Origin: an uncultured Solibacteraceae bacterium | GTDB lineage: Bacteria > Acidobacteriota > Vicinamibacteria > Vicinamibacterales > SCN-69-37 | DNA length: 64,000 nt | Reading direction: 5' to 3' | Assembly: GCA_964573795.1 (NCBI GenBank) | Contig: CAZNMF010000049.1 | Location: forward strand, 1,232-65,231 | In this document: positions 9,026-23,413 of the stretch, piece after piece | Numbering within the stretch: the first letter of the stretch is position 1 | Layout: every line of letters starts with the position of its first letter | The notes under the pieces: generated by a model | Database searches by the model: none | What the model saw: only the letters and a program-made list of their open reading frames with translations | Told to the model about the DNA's origin: nothing | Translations under genes and position numbers: made by a program

Positions 9026-9910
9026 ATGGCCGAGAAACGACCCGCGCTCGGACGAGGCCTGAGCGCGCTGATTCCACCCGCGCCGCCACCACAGCCGGCC
9101 GCCGCGCCTGCGCCGCCCGCGCCCGGCGCGCCGGCCCGCCCCACGGAAATCGACATCGATCTGCTGACGCCGAATCCGCGCCAGCCGCGCACGAGCATCG
9201 ACGAGGGCACCCTCGAGGAGCTGGCCCAGTCGATCCGCAGCAACGGCGTGATCCAGCCGATTCTCGTGCGGCCGTCGGGCGGCCGGTACGAGATCGTCGC
9301 CGGCGAGCGGCGATGGCGCGCCGCACAGCGCGCGGGCCTGCTCAAGGTCCCCGTCACGATCCGCGAGATCGACGATGCGAGCCTCCTGCAGGTCGCGCTG
9401 ATCGAGAACATCCAGCGCGAGGATCTGAATCCAATCGAGGAGGCGCAGGCCTATCGCCGGCTGGCCGACGAGCTGAAGCTCTCGCAGGAATCGATCGCCG
9501 GCGCGGTCGGCAAGGACCGCGCGACCGTCGCCAACTACGTGCGCCTGCTCCGGCTGCCGGCCGAAGTGCGGAACGACTTGGCGTCGAACGCGCTCAGCAT
9601 GGGGCACGCGCGCGCGCTGCTCGGCCTGGCCGACGAAGCGGCCCAACGGAGGCTGGCGCGCGAGGTCGTCTCGCGGCAGCTGTCCGTGCGAGAGACGGAA
9701 GCCCTCGTCCGCCGCGAAACGACGCCGGCACCGGTGCCCGCGCCCAAACCGGTCGACCCCAACACGCGTGCCGCCGAAGAACAGTTGAAGCTGGCGCTCG
9801 GCACGCGCACGCGCATCATCCGCAAGGGCCGGGGCGGCCGAATCGAGATCGACTTCACCTCCGAGGACGAGCTCCACCGGCTGTTCGAGCGGTTGACCGA
9901 AACGCGATAG
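9026..9910 (+). CDS. parB: Chromosome partitioning protein ParB/Spo0J
   Basis: Inner start MAEKRPALGRGLSALIP. Contains the ParB box ...IQPILVRP...YEIVAGERRWRAAQRAG... and the HTH ...SQESIAGAVGKDRATVANYVRLL... Confidence 0.95.
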   Translation: MAEKRPALGRGLSALIPPAPPPQPAAAPAPPAPGAPARPTEIDIDLLTPNPRQPRTSIDEGTLEELAQSIRSNGVIQPILVRPSGGRYEIVAGERRWRAAQRAGLLKVPVTIREIDDASLLQVALIENIQREDLNPIEEAQAYRRLADELKLSQESIAGAVGKDRATVANYVRLLRLPAEVRNDLASNALSMGHARALLGLADEAAQRRLAREVVSRQLSVRETEALVRRETTPAPVPAPKPVDPNTRAAEEQLKLALGTRTRIIRKGRGGRIEIDFTSEDELHRLFERLTETR

Positions 9911-9967
9911 CTCTCGACGTCGGCCATGACCGGACATCGACGCGGATGTCGCCAGCGCCGCGTCGAG

Positions 9968-9997
9968 TTGCCCGTATTTGGCGCCGAATGGTATAAA
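9968..9997 (+). promoter_or_regulatory. Putative sigma-70-type promoter upstream of atpH
   Basis: TTGCCC (9968-9973), an 18-nt spacer, then TATAAA (9992-9997). This is an AT-rich patch in otherwise GC-rich DNA, about 190 nt before atpH. Confidence 0.35.
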
Positions 9998-10183
9998 TTT
10001 ACGTTTTGCCGAAGGGCAGTGCGACCGGCCTATGGGCCTCGACTTCCCGCGGCCAACGCCGTTGGGGATGCTGCCCGGTCGTGCGTGCGCCACACAAGTC
10101 ACGGGCGCGGCACGAAGACCGGCCGAATGCCGCCTCCTCGCCGGCCGGCGAAGGATTCACGAGAGAGCGATCGAGCGCCGTTC

Positions 10184-10732
10184 ATGAGCGATCAGTCTGT
10201 CGCCCGTCAATACGCGAATGCCTTGTTCGACGTCGCGGCCCCGCGCGAGCGCGTCGACGTCGTGCGTCGCGATCTGTCGGCCGTGACTGCGCTCGTCGCC
10301 GATCATGCCGAGCTCTCGACGGTGTTCGCGGCACCCTTGATCGTGCCGCGGAAGAAGCGCGCGCTCGTCGAGGCGCTGCTGGTGCAGGTCGGCGATCTCG
10401 CCGACGAAGTGCGGCGGCTGCTGCTGTTTCTGGCGGATCGCGATCGGCTCCGGTTGCTGGCCGCGATTCGGGACGCGTTCGAGGCGCGCGTGATGGACGC
10501 GTCCAAGGTCGCATCCGCCGACGTGGTCACGGCCGTGCCGCTGCCGGCCGGTGACGAAGCGGCGTTGGCCGCGGCGCTCGGCAAGGTGACCGGCCGGCAG
10601 GTGACGATTCAGTCGCGCGTCGACCCGTCGATCGTCGGCGGTCTCGTCGCGCGCGTCGGCAGCCTCGTCATCGACGGCAGCGTCGTGCGGCAGATGGCGC
10701 GGCTGCGCGAGCGGCTGCTCGGCGAGGCATAG
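10184..10732 (+). CDS. atpH: F0F1 ATP synthase subunit delta (OSCP)
   Basis: Inner start [18 protein letters not shown]..., with C-terminal ...[21 protein letters not shown]... Directly precedes atpA. Confidence 0.9.
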   Translation: MSDQSVARQYANALFDVAAPRERVDVVRRDLSAVTALVADHAELSTVFAAPLIVPRKKRALVEALLVQVGDLADEVRRLLLFLADRDRLRLLAAIRDAFEARVMDASKVASADVVTAVPLPAGDEAALAAALGKVTGRQVTIQSRVDPSIVGGLVARVGSLVIDGSVVRQMARLRERLLGEA

Positions 10733-10805
10733 CAGCGCATCGCCCGGCGCGTGTGAGACGCCCGGGCACGAAGCGGGCCCCGAGACGCGCCCGCGAAGGA
10801 CGGCA

Positions 10806-12329
<1,524 letters not shown>

Positions 12330-12352
12330 CGCCGGCGACACGCGAGACCCAC

Positions 12353-13219
12353 GTGCCATCTCTCATCGACATGCGGCGGCGCATCCGCGCCGTGAAATCG
12401 ACGCAGCAGATCACCAAGGCCATGAAGATGGTCGCGGCGTCCAAGCTGCGCCGCGCGCAGGAGCGCGTGATCGCGACGCGGCCGTTCGCGCGCCAGGCGC
12501 GCCACGTGCTGGCCAGCGTCGCGTCGCGCATCGATCCGCACGCCCATCCGCTGCTGCAGCGGCGGCACGGCGCGCAGGTCGGCCCGACGCTCGTGATCGC
12601 GATCACGGCCGATCGCGGCCTGTGCGGCAGCTTCAACACGAACGTCATCAAGGCGGTCGGCGCGTTCCTGCGCGAGAACGCGGGCCGCGCGGTCTCCCTC
12701 GGGCTCGTCGGCCGCAAGAGCCGCGACTTCCTCGGACGCCGCGGCCTGCCCGTGCGGTTCGACTACGTCAACCTGCCGAAGGTGATCACGTTCGCGGAAG
12801 CGGAAGCGATCGCCGCGCCGGCCGTTGCGGACTTCATCGAGGGCAAGGTCGACAGCGTCTATCTGATTTACAACGAGTTCAAGTCCGTCATTCAGCAGAA
12901 GGTCGTCGTCGAGCCGCTGCTGCCGCTCGCGCCGATCGCCGACGAGCCGGCCAGCGCCGATGCGACGGAATATCTGTTCGAGCCGTCGCCCGAGCGGATC
13001 CTCGACGTGCTGTTGCACCGGCTCGTGGTCGCGCAGGTCCTGCGCGCGCTGCTCGAGTCGAACGCCGCGTTCTTCGCGGCGCAGATGACGGCGATGGACG
13101 CGGCAACGCGCAACTCGTCGGAGATGATCGACAGCCTGACGCTCTACATGAACAAGCTGCGCCAGGCGGCGATCACGCGCGAGATCATCGAAGTGGTGTC
13201 GGGCGCGCAGGCGCTGTGA
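12353..13219 (+). CDS. atpG: F0F1 ATP synthase subunit gamma
   Basis: GTG start gives (M)PSLIDMRRRIRAVKSTQQITKAMKMVAASKLRRAQ, a classic gamma N-terminus. C-terminus is ...ITREIIEVVSGAQAL. Confidence 0.9.
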   Translation: MPSLIDMRRRIRAVKSTQQITKAMKMVAASKLRRAQERVIATRPFARQARHVLASVASRIDPHAHPLLQRRHGAQVGPTLVIAITADRGLCGSFNTNVIKAVGAFLRENAGRAVSLGLVGRKSRDFLGRRGLPVRFDYVNLPKVITFAEAEAIAAPAVADFIEGKVDSVYLIYNEFKSVIQQKVVVEPLLPLAPIADEPASADATEYLFEPSPERILDVLLHRLVVAQVLRALLESNAAFFAAQMTAMDAATRNSSEMIDSLTLYMNKLRQAAITREIIEVVSGAQAL

Positions 13220-14725
<1,506 letters not shown>

Positions 14726-14728
14726 ATC

Positions 14729-15154
14729 ATGGCGATTCCCGCTCATCTGACGCTGGAGTTCGTGACGCCCGAGCGCGCCGTCTACCACGAGCAGGTCGAC
14801 GAGGTGGAGCTGCCGGGCGAAGCGGGCTATTTCGGCGTGCTGCCCGGCCATGCGCCGCTGCTCGCGGCGCTGCAGACCGGCGAGATGTGGTATCGCCAGG
14901 GCTCGGTGAAGGTCTACGCGTTCATCGACGGCGGCTTCGCGGAGGTCCTGCCGGATCGCGTGTCGATTCTCGCGCAGGTGGCGGAGCGGGCCGAGGACAT
15001 CGACACCCAGCGCGCGGAGGCCTCGAAGCGCCGGGCCGAAGAGCGGCTCTCGCGTCCGACGACGACCGACTTCGATGCCGAGCGGGCGCGCATCGCGCTG
15101 CTGCGCGCGATCACGCGTCTCAACGTGTCGCGCCAGGGCCGGCCCCGCGCGTAA
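14729..15154 (+). CDS. atpC: F0F1 ATP synthase subunit epsilon
   Basis: 141 aa following atpD. Typical N-terminal beta-sandwich sequence ...LEFVTPERAVYHEQVDEVELPGEAGYFGVLPGHAPLL... Confidence 0.9.
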   Translation: MAIPAHLTLEFVTPERAVYHEQVDEVELPGEAGYFGVLPGHAPLLAALQTGEMWYRQGSVKVYAFIDGGFAEVLPDRVSILAQVAERAEDIDTQRAEASKRRAEERLSRPTTTDFDAERARIALLRAITRLNVSRQGRPRA

Positions 15155-15160
15155 TCGCTC

Positions 15161-15931
15161 ATGCTGCGCATCACCTCGGCGGTGGCGTCCCATCCGGGTT
15201 TGCGCCGGGAGGAGAACGAGGACTCGTACTGCGTGCGGCCCGACCTCGGCCTCTTCCTCGTGGCCGACGGCATGGGCGGGCACGCGGCCGGTGAGATCGC
15301 GTCGAAGCTCGCCGTCGACGCGATCGAGGCCTTCGTCGCCGACACGAAGAACGCCGACGTCAATCGGACGTGGCCGTTTCCCTTCGATCGCTCGCTGTCG
15401 CTCGACGGCAATCGTCTGAAGGCGGCGTTCCGGCTCGCGAATCGACGCATCGCCGACGCCATGGACGGCAACGAGGCGCTGCGCGGCATGGCGACGACGG
15501 CGGCCGCGCTGCTCGTGGGCCGGGAGCAGCCGGTGGCCGCGCACGTCGGCGACAGCCGCATCTATCGCTGGCGCAAGAGCCAGCTCGAGCAGCTGACGCA
15601 GGATCACTCCTGGGTGAGCGAGCAGGTGCGCGCCGGAATCATCTCGGAGTCGGACGCGCGGCGCCATCCCTGGCGCAACGTCGTCACGCGCGCGCTCGCT
15701 GGCGGCGACGATCCGGACATCGACGTCGCCGTCGTGCCGGTCGAGCCCGGCGATCGGTTCCTGATCTGCTCCGACGGCCTCTCGAGCGTCGTCGGCAAGC
15801 CGGTCATCGAGCGGATCCTCGCGACGAACGCGGATCTCGAGTCGATCTGCCAGGCGCTCATCAACGCGGCCAACGACGGCGGCGGACCGGACAACATCAC
15901 CGTCGCGATGCTGCAGGTCGATGTGGACTAA
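15161..15931 (+). CDS. PP2C-family Ser/Thr protein phosphatase
   Basis: Contains NEDSY, VADGMGGHAAGEIAS, and a C-terminal ...DGGGPDNITV... Confidence 0.85.
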   Translation: MLRITSAVASHPGLRREENEDSYCVRPDLGLFLVADGMGGHAAGEIASKLAVDAIEAFVADTKNADVNRTWPFPFDRSLSLDGNRLKAAFRLANRRIADAMDGNEALRGMATTAAALLVGREQPVAAHVGDSRIYRWRKSQLEQLTQDHSWVSEQVRAGIISESDARRHPWRNVVTRALAGGDDPDIDVAVVPVEPGDRFLICSDGLSSVVGKPVIERILATNADLESICQALINAANDGGGPDNITVAMLQVDVD

Positions 15932-16736
15932 CCTCGCCAGCCTGCTGCGTCATCGCGGCCTGATCCAGAGCCTGGTCGTTCGCGAGCTGAAAGCGCGCTA
16001 TCGCGGATCGGTGCTCGGCTTCTTCTGGTCGTTCGTCAACCCGCTGCTGCTGCTGTCGGTCTACACGTTCGTGTTCGCCTACATCATGCCGAACGAGGAG
16101 GAGCGCACGCGGCCGTACTCGGTGTTCATGTTCTGCGCGCTGCTGCCCTGGACGTGGTTCCAGACATCGATCAACGAAGCGGCGGGCTCGCTGATTTCCG
16201 GCGGGAACCTCATCAAGAAAGTGCTGTTTCCAGCCGAAGTGCTGCCGATCGTCACCGTGCTTGCGAACATGGTGCACTTCCTGCTGGGCCTCCCGATCCT
16301 CGCGGCGTTCATGGTGGGCAGGCACCACTACCCGTATCCGGCCAATTTGCCGTGGTTTCCGCTGGTGGTGCTGATTCAGCTGATCTTCACGATTGCGTTG
16401 GCGCTCATCGTGTCGTCGCTGACCGTGCACTTTCGCGATCTGCGGGATCTCGTCTCGAACCTGTTGACGTTCTGGTTCTTCGCGACGCCAATCATCTACG
16501 ACTACCAGGCGAAGAACGTCCAGGCGCTGAAGTGGCTGTTCAACATCAATCCGTTCTTCCATCTGTCCGTGTCGTATCAGGAGATCCTGTTCTTCCATCC
16601 CGAACATCCTGGCGACACGTTCATGAACGGGCATCTGATGTGGCTGCTGGTCATGGGAGCCGCGTCCTGCCTGCTGTTTCTCGTGGCGTACTGGCTCTTC
16701 GACCGCCTGCGTGACTCGTTCGCGGAGGTCGTATGA
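15921..16736 (+). CDS. ABC-2 type polysaccharide/O-antigen exporter permease (Wzm/TagG-like)
   Basis: 271 aa and multi-TM, with N-terminal ...LIQSLVVRELKARYRGSVLGFFWSFVNPLL... typical of ABC-2 permeases. Overlaps the PP2C stop by 11 nt. Confidence 0.85.
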   Translation: MWTNLASLLRHRGLIQSLVVRELKARYRGSVLGFFWSFVNPLLLLSVYTFVFAYIMPNEEERTRPYSVFMFCALLPWTWFQTSINEAAGSLISGGNLIKKVLFPAEVLPIVTVLANMVHFLLGLPILAAFMVGRHHYPYPANLPWFPLVVLIQLIFTIALALIVSSLTVHFRDLRDLVSNLLTFWFFATPIIYDYQAKNVQALKWLFNINPFFHLSVSYQEILFFHPEHPGDTFMNGHLMWLLVMGAASCLLFLVAYWLFDRLRDSFAEVV

Positions 16737-18052
16737 CGCCCGCCATCGAGCTCGATCGCGCCACGAAGATCTATCGTCGCTACGGCGGCCGGCAGTTCGC
16801 CACGCTGAAAAGCGCGCTGCTGCAGCGCAGCGTCATGCGCGATCTGCAGCCGCGCGAGACGTTCACCGCGGTGCAGAACCTGAGCTGTCAGGTCGCCCAG
16901 GGCCAGACGCTCGGCGTGATTGGCCGGAACGGATCGGGCAAGAGCACGACGCTGAAGCTCGTGGCCGGCATCACGAAGCCAACGAGCGGCACGGTGCGCG
17001 TGCGCGGCCGCATCTCGGCCCTCATCGAGCTGGGCGCGGGCTTTCATCCGGAGATCTCCGGGCGCGAGAACGTCTTCATCAACGGCATCATGCTCGGGCT
17101 CTCGCGGCACGAGATTCAGCAGCGCTTCGACGAGATCGTCGAGTTCGCGGAGCTGCGGGAGTTCATCGACGCGCCCGTCAAGACGTACTCGTCCGGCATG
17201 TACATGCGGCTGGGGTTCGCCGTCGCGATCCACGTCGACCCGGACGTGCTGCTCGTGGACGAGGTCCTCGCCGTCGGCGACGAGGGCTTCACGCACAAGT
17301 GCCTCGACAAGTTCGGCGAGTTCAAGCGCCGCAACAAGACCATCCTGCTCGTGACGCACTCGCTCGGCCTCGTCGAGCGCTTCTGCGACGAAGCGCTGTG
17401 GCTCGATCACGGCCAGAAGCGCGAGCAGGGCGATCCCAAGCGCGTCATCGGCGCGTACATGACCGACGTCGAGCGGCAGGAAGAACACGAGCTCGCGGCG
17501 GCCGACGCGAAGCATCAGCAGGAAGCGGATGCCGCCGACGCGTCGCCGCAAGGCGCGATCGAAGCGCACGGCATCGTCGAGGACATGACGCGCGCGACCG
17601 AGGGCCGGTGGGGCATCGGCGGCGCGCAGATCTCCGACGTGACGCTGTTCGGCGATCACGGCCAGCCGACGCAGATCTTTCACACCGGCGAGCCGGTGAC
17701 GATTCAGTTCACCGTCTCGACGCCGAAGCCGATCGCGGACTTCGCCTTCGGCATCGGCGTCTTCAACGCCGAAGGCGTCTGCGTCTACGGCACGAACACG
17801 GACATCGAAGAGTACGAGCCGGCGGAGCTGGCCGGATCGTCGAACGTGCGGCTGGAGATCGACGCGCTCGATCTGGTCGAAGGGACGTACAAGCTCGACG
17901 TCGCAGTCCACCGGCGCGACGGCACGCCGTACGACTATCATCGTCTTCTGCACACGTTTCGTGTGAAGTCGCGGCTCAAGGACATCGGCATCTACCGGCC
18001 GAAGCATCGCTGGACGTTCTCGCCGACGGTGACCTTCCGGCTGAAGCCCTGA
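16733..18052 (+). CDS. ABC exporter ATP-binding protein with Wzt-like C-terminal domain
   Basis: Walker A GRNGSGKST, signature YSSGMYMRL, Walker B LLVDEVLAVGD. An extra beta-rich C-terminal domain of about 170 aa resembles Wzt carbohydrate-binding domains. ATGA overlap with the permease. Confidence 0.9.
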   Translation: MTPAIELDRATKIYRRYGGRQFATLKSALLQRSVMRDLQPRETFTAVQNLSCQVAQGQTLGVIGRNGSGKSTTLKLVAGITKPTSGTVRVRGRISALIELGAGFHPEISGRENVFINGIMLGLSRHEIQQRFDEIVEFAELREFIDAPVKTYSSGMYMRLGFAVAIHVDPDVLLVDEVLAVGDEGFTHKCLDKFGEFKRRNKTILLVTHSLGLVERFCDEALWLDHGQKREQGDPKRVIGAYMTDVERQEEHELAAADAKHQQEADAADASPQGAIEAHGIVEDMTRATEGRWGIGGAQISDVTLFGDHGQPTQIFHTGEPVTIQFTVSTPKPIADFAFGIGVFNAEGVCVYGTNTDIEEYEPAELAGSSNVRLEIDALDLVEGTYKLDVAVHRRDGTPYDYHRLLHTFRVKSRLKDIGIYRPKHRWTFSPTVTFRLKP

Positions 18053-18073
18053 TCGCCCGCGGCCGTCTTCGCG

Positions 18074-18559
18074 GTGCCCGTCATGCCTGTGCTCGATCGC
18101 TCGTCCGCTCGCACGCTCGTCGAGTCGTGGCGCCACGCCGGCCGCCGCGTCGTGTTCACGAATGGCGTGTTCGATCTGCTGCACCCGGGGCACGTCCGCT
18201 ACCTGCAGGCCGCGCGGGCCCAGGGCGACGCGCTCATCGTCGCGGTGAACTCCGATCGATCGGCGCGCGGCAACAAGGGGCCGGAGCGGCCGGTCACACC
18301 GGAACGGGAGCGCGCCGAGATCGTCGCGGCACTCGACTGCGTCGACGCCGCCGTCATCTTCGACGAGCCGACGCCCGACGCGATCGTGAAAGCCATTCAG
18401 CCTGACGTGCTGGTCAAAGGCGCGGACTGGGCGGCGGATCAGATTGTCGGCCGCGACACGGTCGAGGCTCGCGGCGGCATCGTCGTCCGCGTGCCGATCG
18501 AGCCGGGCTGGTCGACGACTTCGATCCTCCAGAAGATTCAACGTACCTCGCAGCCGTGA
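18074..18559 (+). CDS. D-glycero-beta-D-manno-heptose 1-phosphate adenylyltransferase (RfaE/HldE domain II-like cytidylyltransferase fold)
   Basis: Contains [35 protein letters not shown] (HxGH nucleotidyltransferase motif). The start is GTG at 18074 or ATG at 18083. Confidence 0.8.
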   Translation: MPVMPVLDRSSARTLVESWRHAGRRVVFTNGVFDLLHPGHVRYLQAARAQGDALIVAVNSDRSARGNKGPERPVTPERERAEIVAALDCVDAAVIFDEPTPDAIVKAIQPDVLVKGADWAADQIVGRDTVEARGGIVVRVPIEPGWSTTSILQKIQRTSQP

Positions 18560-21500
18560 TCGGTTCGTCCTCGTCTCTCGCGTTTCGCTCGCTGCTGAAG
18601 TCCGCGGCGCATCGTGCCGGTCTGGATCGGTCCGCCCCCGAGACGACGGGCCTCACGCCGCAGGCGCTCGCCTGGCATGCCGCCGTCCTCGCGCAGGAGA
18701 CGCCGATCCTGCTCGTCGTGCCGACGGACGCCGATGTCGAGCAGGTGGTCGCCGATGCGCGGCTGTTTCTCAGCGTCCTCCTGGGCCTGTCCGATCGCGA
18801 CGTGGAGGACGCCGTCCTCGGGTGCCCATCGCAGGAAGTCGATCCCTATCGCGGGCTCGCGCCACACCTCGAGGTCGCGTCAGCGCGCGCGCGCGCGTTG
18901 TTCGCGCTCGCCTCCGGCAGCGCGAAGCTCGTGGTCGTCTCGGCGCGCGCGTTGCTGCCGAAGCTCAGCGATCCCGAACGTTTCGCCCGCGCCGGCATCT
19001 CGCTGCATGCCGGCGTGGAGATCGCACCGCAGGACCTGGGCGATCGGCTGGCCGTCGCGGGCTTTGCGCCGGAAGATCCCGTCGACGAGCACGGCGAGCT
19101 CTGCGTGCGCGGCGGCGTCGTCGATTTCTATCCCGCGTCCGAGACGACGCCGATCCGCCTCGAGTTCATCGGCGACATCGTCGAGTCGATCCGCCGCTTC
19201 GACAGCGCGACACAGCGATCGCTCGCGGCAATCGATCGCGTCACGATCGCGCCGCAGCGCGAGCTGTTGCCGGATCCCGTGCGGCCGGACGATCCGGCGG
19301 CCGCGGATCGATCCGCCACGATCGTCGACTACGCGCGCCGCGCTCGCGCGCAGGTCATCGTCTTCGAGCCAGACGACGTCGCCGAGCGTGGAAGCAGCCT
19401 CGAGCGCCAGTGGCGGCAGTCGGCCGAGGACGCCGCGGCCCGTCATCCGTCGGCCCTGCCGTACGAGTCGATCGCGGCGGATTGGGAGCTCGTCACGACG
19501 TGGCTGTCGCGCGCGCATCGCGTGAGCGCGCTGGCCATCGACGAGTCGCGGGAGTCGGCGCACATCGCCAGCGTGCCGGCGCTGGAATATCGCGGCCGGA
19601 TCGGCGATTGGGCCGCCGAGATCCGCCAGGCGCGCGAGCGCGGCGAGACGGTCGTGTTCGTCTCCGCCACGCCCGGGCGCGCCGAGCGCATCATCGAGAT
19701 TCTCGCCGACTACGAAGTGCGGGCGCGCGCGGTGCGCGAGGCCGACGATCTCGCCAATGCGGCCGTGCTCGTCGCCACGGGCCGTCTGTCGCGCGGCTTC
19801 CACCTGCCGTCGGGCGGGATTCTCTTCTTTGCCGAGACCGATCTCTTCGAGGAAGAGCGCCGCGTGCACGAGCGCCGCCGCGCGTCGACGCGCAGCTTTT
19901 TCTCCGACTTCCGCGATCTGAAGATCGGCGATCTCGTCGTCCACGTCGACAACGGCATCGGACGATTCGTCGGCCTCAAACGGCTGACGGTCACGCCCGG
20001 CCAGCCGCCGCAGGAGTTCATGGAGCTGCGGTACGCCGGCGAGGACAAGCTCTTCGTTCCGCTCGAGCGGCTCGATCTCGTCCAGAAGTACACGGGCGGC
20101 GCGGCGCCGGCGCTCGACAAGCTCGGCGGCACGACGTGGGAGAAGGCGAAGACGCGCGTCAAGAAGGCGATGCGCGACATGGCCGAAGAGCTGCTGAAGC
20201 TCTACGCGGCGCGCAAGGCCGTGGCGGGACACGCCTTCAGCCCGGACTCGCACTGGCAGCAGGAGTTCGCCGACGCCTTCGAGTACGACCTCACGTCCGA
20301 TCAGCAATCGGCGATCGCCGACATCACGCGCGACATGGAGTCGACGACGCCGATGGACCGGCTGCTGTGCGGCGACGTCGGCTATGGCAAGACCGAGGTC
20401 GCGATGCGCGCGGCGTTCAAGGCCGTCATCGACGGCAAGCAGGTCGCGTTCCTCGCGCCGACCACGGTGCTCGCGTTTCAGCACGCGCGGACGTTGAAGG
20501 AGCGGTTCGCCGGTTTTCCCGTGCGGATCGACATGGTCAGCCGCTTCAGATCGAAACAGGAGCAGCAGGAGATCCTCGAGCAGGTCTCGCGTGGCCAGAT
20601 CGACATCATCGTCGGCACGCACCGGCTGCTGTCGAAGGACGTCGCGTTCCGCGATCTCGGCCTGCTGGTCGTCGACGAAGAGCAGCGATTCGGCGTCGCG
20701 CACAAGGAGCGCATCAAGCAGCTCCGCAAGCGCGTCGACGTGCTGACGATGACGGCGACGCCCATTCCGCGCACGCTGAACATGTCGCTCGTCGGCATTC
20801 GCGACATGTCCGTGATCGAGACGCCGCCGCGCGATCGGCTGGCGATCCAGACGCAGGTCGCCAAGTTCGACACGGAGGTCATCACGCGCGCGATCCGCAC
20901 CGAGCTCGAGCGCGGCGGACAGGTGTACTTCGTCCACAACCGCGTCGAGTCGATCTACTCGATGGCGAACCTCGTCGGCCGGCTCGTGCCCGAGGCGCGG
21001 CTCGTCGTCGGCCACGGGCAGATGGGCGACGACGCCCTCGAGAAGGTGATGGTCGACTTCGTCTCGCACCAGTTCGACGTGCTGATTGCGACGACCATCG
21101 TCGAAAACGGGCTCGACATCCCGAACGCGAACACGATCGTCATCAATCGCGCGGATCGCTACGGCCTCGCGCAGCTCTATCAGCTTCGCGGCCGCGTCGG
21201 CCGCGCCGATCGCCGGGCGTACGCGTATCTGCTGATTCCGGCGGAGCAGACGTTGTCGCCGATCGCGCGCCGGCGGCTGGCGGCGATTCGCGAGTTCAGC
21301 GATCTCGGCAGCGGGTTCCGCATCGCGGCGCTGGATTTGGAGATCCGCGGCGCGGGTAATCTGCTCGGCGGACAGCAGAGCGGCCACATCGAGGCCGTCG
21401 GCTTCGACATGTACACGAAGCTCCTCGATCAGACGATCCGCGAGCTGAAGGGCGAGGACCTGGAAGACGAGCGCCGCGCGGCCGTCAATCTGCGGCTCGA

Positions 21501-22119
21501 CCTGCGCGTCGACGAGCACTACGTGCCGGACACGAACCAGCGCCTCATGGTCTACCGGCGGCTGGCGAGCGCGAGGACGCTCGACGAGGTGTCGAGTGCC
21601 GTCGACGAGACGCGCGACCGCTACGGCCCGCCGCCGGCGTCGGTGCAGCATCTCGCGGAGTACGCGCGCGTGCGCGTGCTGGCCGATCGCATCGGCGTCG
21701 AGACCCTCGACCGCGAGGGCCAGATCGTGACCATGAGATTCAGGCCGGACGCGAAGGTCGAGCCGGGCGTGCTGGCGCGGCTGCTGCAGACGCGCGGCGA
21801 CCTCGCCCTTGTGCCTCCTGTCGTGCTCCGACTCGATCTGTCGAAGCCCGCTGCGGCGCCGTCAGGGCCGCCCAGTCGTCCGAGGGTGCCGACGGCCGGA
21901 CGGCTCGTCCCCGCGTCGAAGACACCGAAGAGCCGCGAGCCCGAGACCATCCCGGCCGAGTCCTGGTGGGCGACTCGCGCGACGGCGAAGGTCGAGCCAG
22001 GCTTCACGCGCGGAGAAATTCTCGCGGAGGCGCCGCCCGATCCGGCAGCCCCAGGCGGGCTCTTCGAGCGGCTGGGTGACGTGCTGAATCAGTTGAGCCA
22101 GGCGCTCGTTACGGGCTAA
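18556..22119 (+). CDS. mfd: Transcription-repair coupling factor Mfd
   Basis: 1187 aa with helicase motifs [14 protein letters not shown] and [10 protein letters not shown]. The TRG motif region and CarD-like domain are recognisable. GTGA overlap with the previous gene. Confidence 0.95.
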   Translation: MIGSSSSLAFRSLLKSAAHRAGLDRSAPETTGLTPQALAWHAAVLAQETPILLVVPTDADVEQVVADARLFLSVLLGLSDRDVEDAVLGCPSQEVDPYRGLAPHLEVASARARALFALASGSAKLVVVSARALLPKLSDPERFARAGISLHAGVEIAPQDLGDRLAVAGFAPEDPVDEHGELCVRGGVVDFYPASETTPIRLEFIGDIVESIRRFDSATQRSLAAIDRVTIAPQRELLPDPVRPDDPAAADRSATIVDYARRARAQVIVFEPDDVAERGSSLERQWRQSAEDAAARHPSALPYESIAADWELVTTWLSRAHRVSALAIDESRESAHIASVPALEYRGRIGDWAAEIRQARERGETVVFVSATPGRAERIIEILADYEVRARAVREADDLANAAVLVATGRLSRGFHLPSGGILFFAETDLFEEERRVHERRRASTRSFFSDFRDLKIGDLVVHVDNGIGRFVGLKRLTVTPGQPPQEFMELRYAGEDKLFVPLERLDLVQKYTGGAAPALDKLGGTTWEKAKTRVKKAMRDMAEELLKLYAARKAVAGHAFSPDSHWQQEFADAFEYDLTSDQQSAIADITRDMESTTPMDRLLCGDVGYGKTEVAMRAAFKAVIDGKQVAFLAPTTVLAFQHARTLKERFAGFPVRIDMVSRFRSKQEQQEILEQVSRGQIDIIVGTHRLLSKDVAFRDLGLLVVDEEQRFGVAHKERIKQLRKRVDVLTMTATPIPRTLNMSLVGIRDMSVIETPPRDRLAIQTQVAKFDTEVITRAIRTELERGGQVYFVHNRVESIYSMANLVGRLVPEARLVVGHGQMGDDALEKVMVDFVSHQFDVLIATTIVENGLDIPNANTIVINRADRYGLAQLYQLRGRVGRADRRAYAYLLIPAEQTLSPIARRRLAAIREFSDLGSGFRIAALDLEIRGAGNLLGGQQSGHIEAVGFDMYTKLLDQTIRELKGEDLEDERRAAVNLRLDLRVDEHYVPDTNQRLMVYRRLASARTLDEVSSAVDETRDRYGPPPASVQHLAEYARVRVLADRIGVETLDREGQIVTMRFRPDAKVEPGVLARLLQTRGDLALVPPVVLRLDLSKPAAAPSGPPSRPRVPTAGRLVPASKTPKSREPETIPAESWWATRATAKVEPGFTRGEILAEAPPDPAAPGGLFERLGDVLNQLSQALVTG

Positions 22120-22168
22120 GATCTTGATTCTGCGTCAGTTGTCGACGCGGCAGTGGAGTAGGGATCCA

Positions 22169-23413
22169 ATGAGAACGTGGCCGGCACTCGTCGTCACCGC
22201 CGTCTTCGCGAGCGCCGTGTCGCTGGCCGCGCAGGCGCCTGCTCAGACGCCGTCGACTCCGCCGGCCGCACCGCCGCCTGCGTCGCCCGCGCCAACACCG
22301 GCGCCCGAGGCACCGTCGTCCACGGCAGCGCCGAGCGCAGAGCCTGCGGCGAGCACGGCCGCGGCGTCGACCTCGTCGGCGCCGAAGAGCGCGATCGTCG
22401 AGCGCGTCCTCGTGCGCGTGAACGGCGAGATCCTCACGCAGTCGCAGCTCACGCAGCGGCAGATTCAGGCCCTTCGCGACATGGATCCTGCCAAGCGCAA
22501 CGACGCCAACCTCGAGGCGACGGTCGCCGAGATCACGCCCGACCTGCTCGTGACGGCCGTCGACGAGCTCCTGCTCGTCCAGCGCGGCCGCGAGATGGGC
22601 GTGAAGTTCACCGACGATCAGTTCAAGGACGCGCTCGACAACATCAAGAAGGACAACAAGCTCGACGATGAGGCGTTCAAGGCAGCGTTGAAACAGGAGG
22701 GGCTGACGCTCGACGAGCTGCGGCAGCAGCTCGAGAAGACGTTCCTGATCCGCGCCGTCCAGCAGCGCGAGATCGGCCCGAGCATGTCCGTCACGCAGGA
22801 AGAGCAGCGCCAGTACTACGAGAAGCACAAGGCCGATTTCATGACGCCGCTCACGGTGACGCTGCGCGAGATTCTCGTCACCGTGCCGACCGCCAACCAG
22901 CGCGGCCAGACCGTGTTCAGCGTGGCGTCCGACAACGCCGCCAAGGCCAAGATCGAGGCGCTGCGCGCGCGCGCCGTCGCGGGCGAGGACTTCGTCGCGC
23001 TCGTGAACGAGGCATCCGAGTCGTCGACGAAGGCGTCGGGCGGGCTCATCGGTCCCGTGAATTTCGCCGATCTCACGACCGCGCTGCAGGACGCGGTGAA
23101 CGCCCTGCAGCCCGGCGGCGTCACGCCGCCGCTGCGCGGGACGCGCGGCTATCAGATCTTCAAGCTGGAGACGCGATCGACGCCGGAGCTGCGGCCGTTC
23201 GACGCCGTCCGCCCGGAGATCGAGCGCGCGATTCGCGACGAGCGGATCGATCCCGAGACGCAGAAGATGCTGGCGCGCCTGCGCACGCAGGCGGTCATCG
23301 AGTGGAAGGACGACAGCTTCAAGGCGATGTACGAGAAGCAGATCGCCAAGCAGGCCGCGTCGGCCGCGACGCCGTCGTCATCGTCATCGGCGCCGGCTCC
23401 GGTCGACAAGTGA
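22169..23413 (+). CDS. SurA-like periplasmic chaperone / parvulin-type peptidyl-prolyl isomerase
   Basis: Inner start MRTWPALVVTAVFASAVSLAAQ (signal peptide), then a Pro/Ala/Ser-rich linker. Has a SurA_N-like region and a rotamase-like segment (...GGLIGPVNFADL...RGYQIFKLE...). Confidence 0.75.
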   Translation: MRTWPALVVTAVFASAVSLAAQAPAQTPSTPPAAPPPASPAPTPAPEAPSSTAAPSAEPAASTAAASTSSAPKSAIVERVLVRVNGEILTQSQLTQRQIQALRDMDPAKRNDANLEATVAEITPDLLVTAVDELLLVQRGREMGVKFTDDQFKDALDNIKKDNKLDDEAFKAALKQEGLTLDELRQQLEKTFLIRAVQQREIGPSMSVTQEEQRQYYEKHKADFMTPLTVTLREILVTVPTANQRGQTVFSVASDNAAKAKIEALRARAVAGEDFVALVNEASESSTKASGGLIGPVNFADLTTALQDAVNALQPGGVTPPLRGTRGYQIFKLETRSTPELRPFDAVRPEIERAIRDERIDPETQKMLARLRTQAVIEWKDDSFKAMYEKQIAKQAASAATPSSSSSAPAPVDK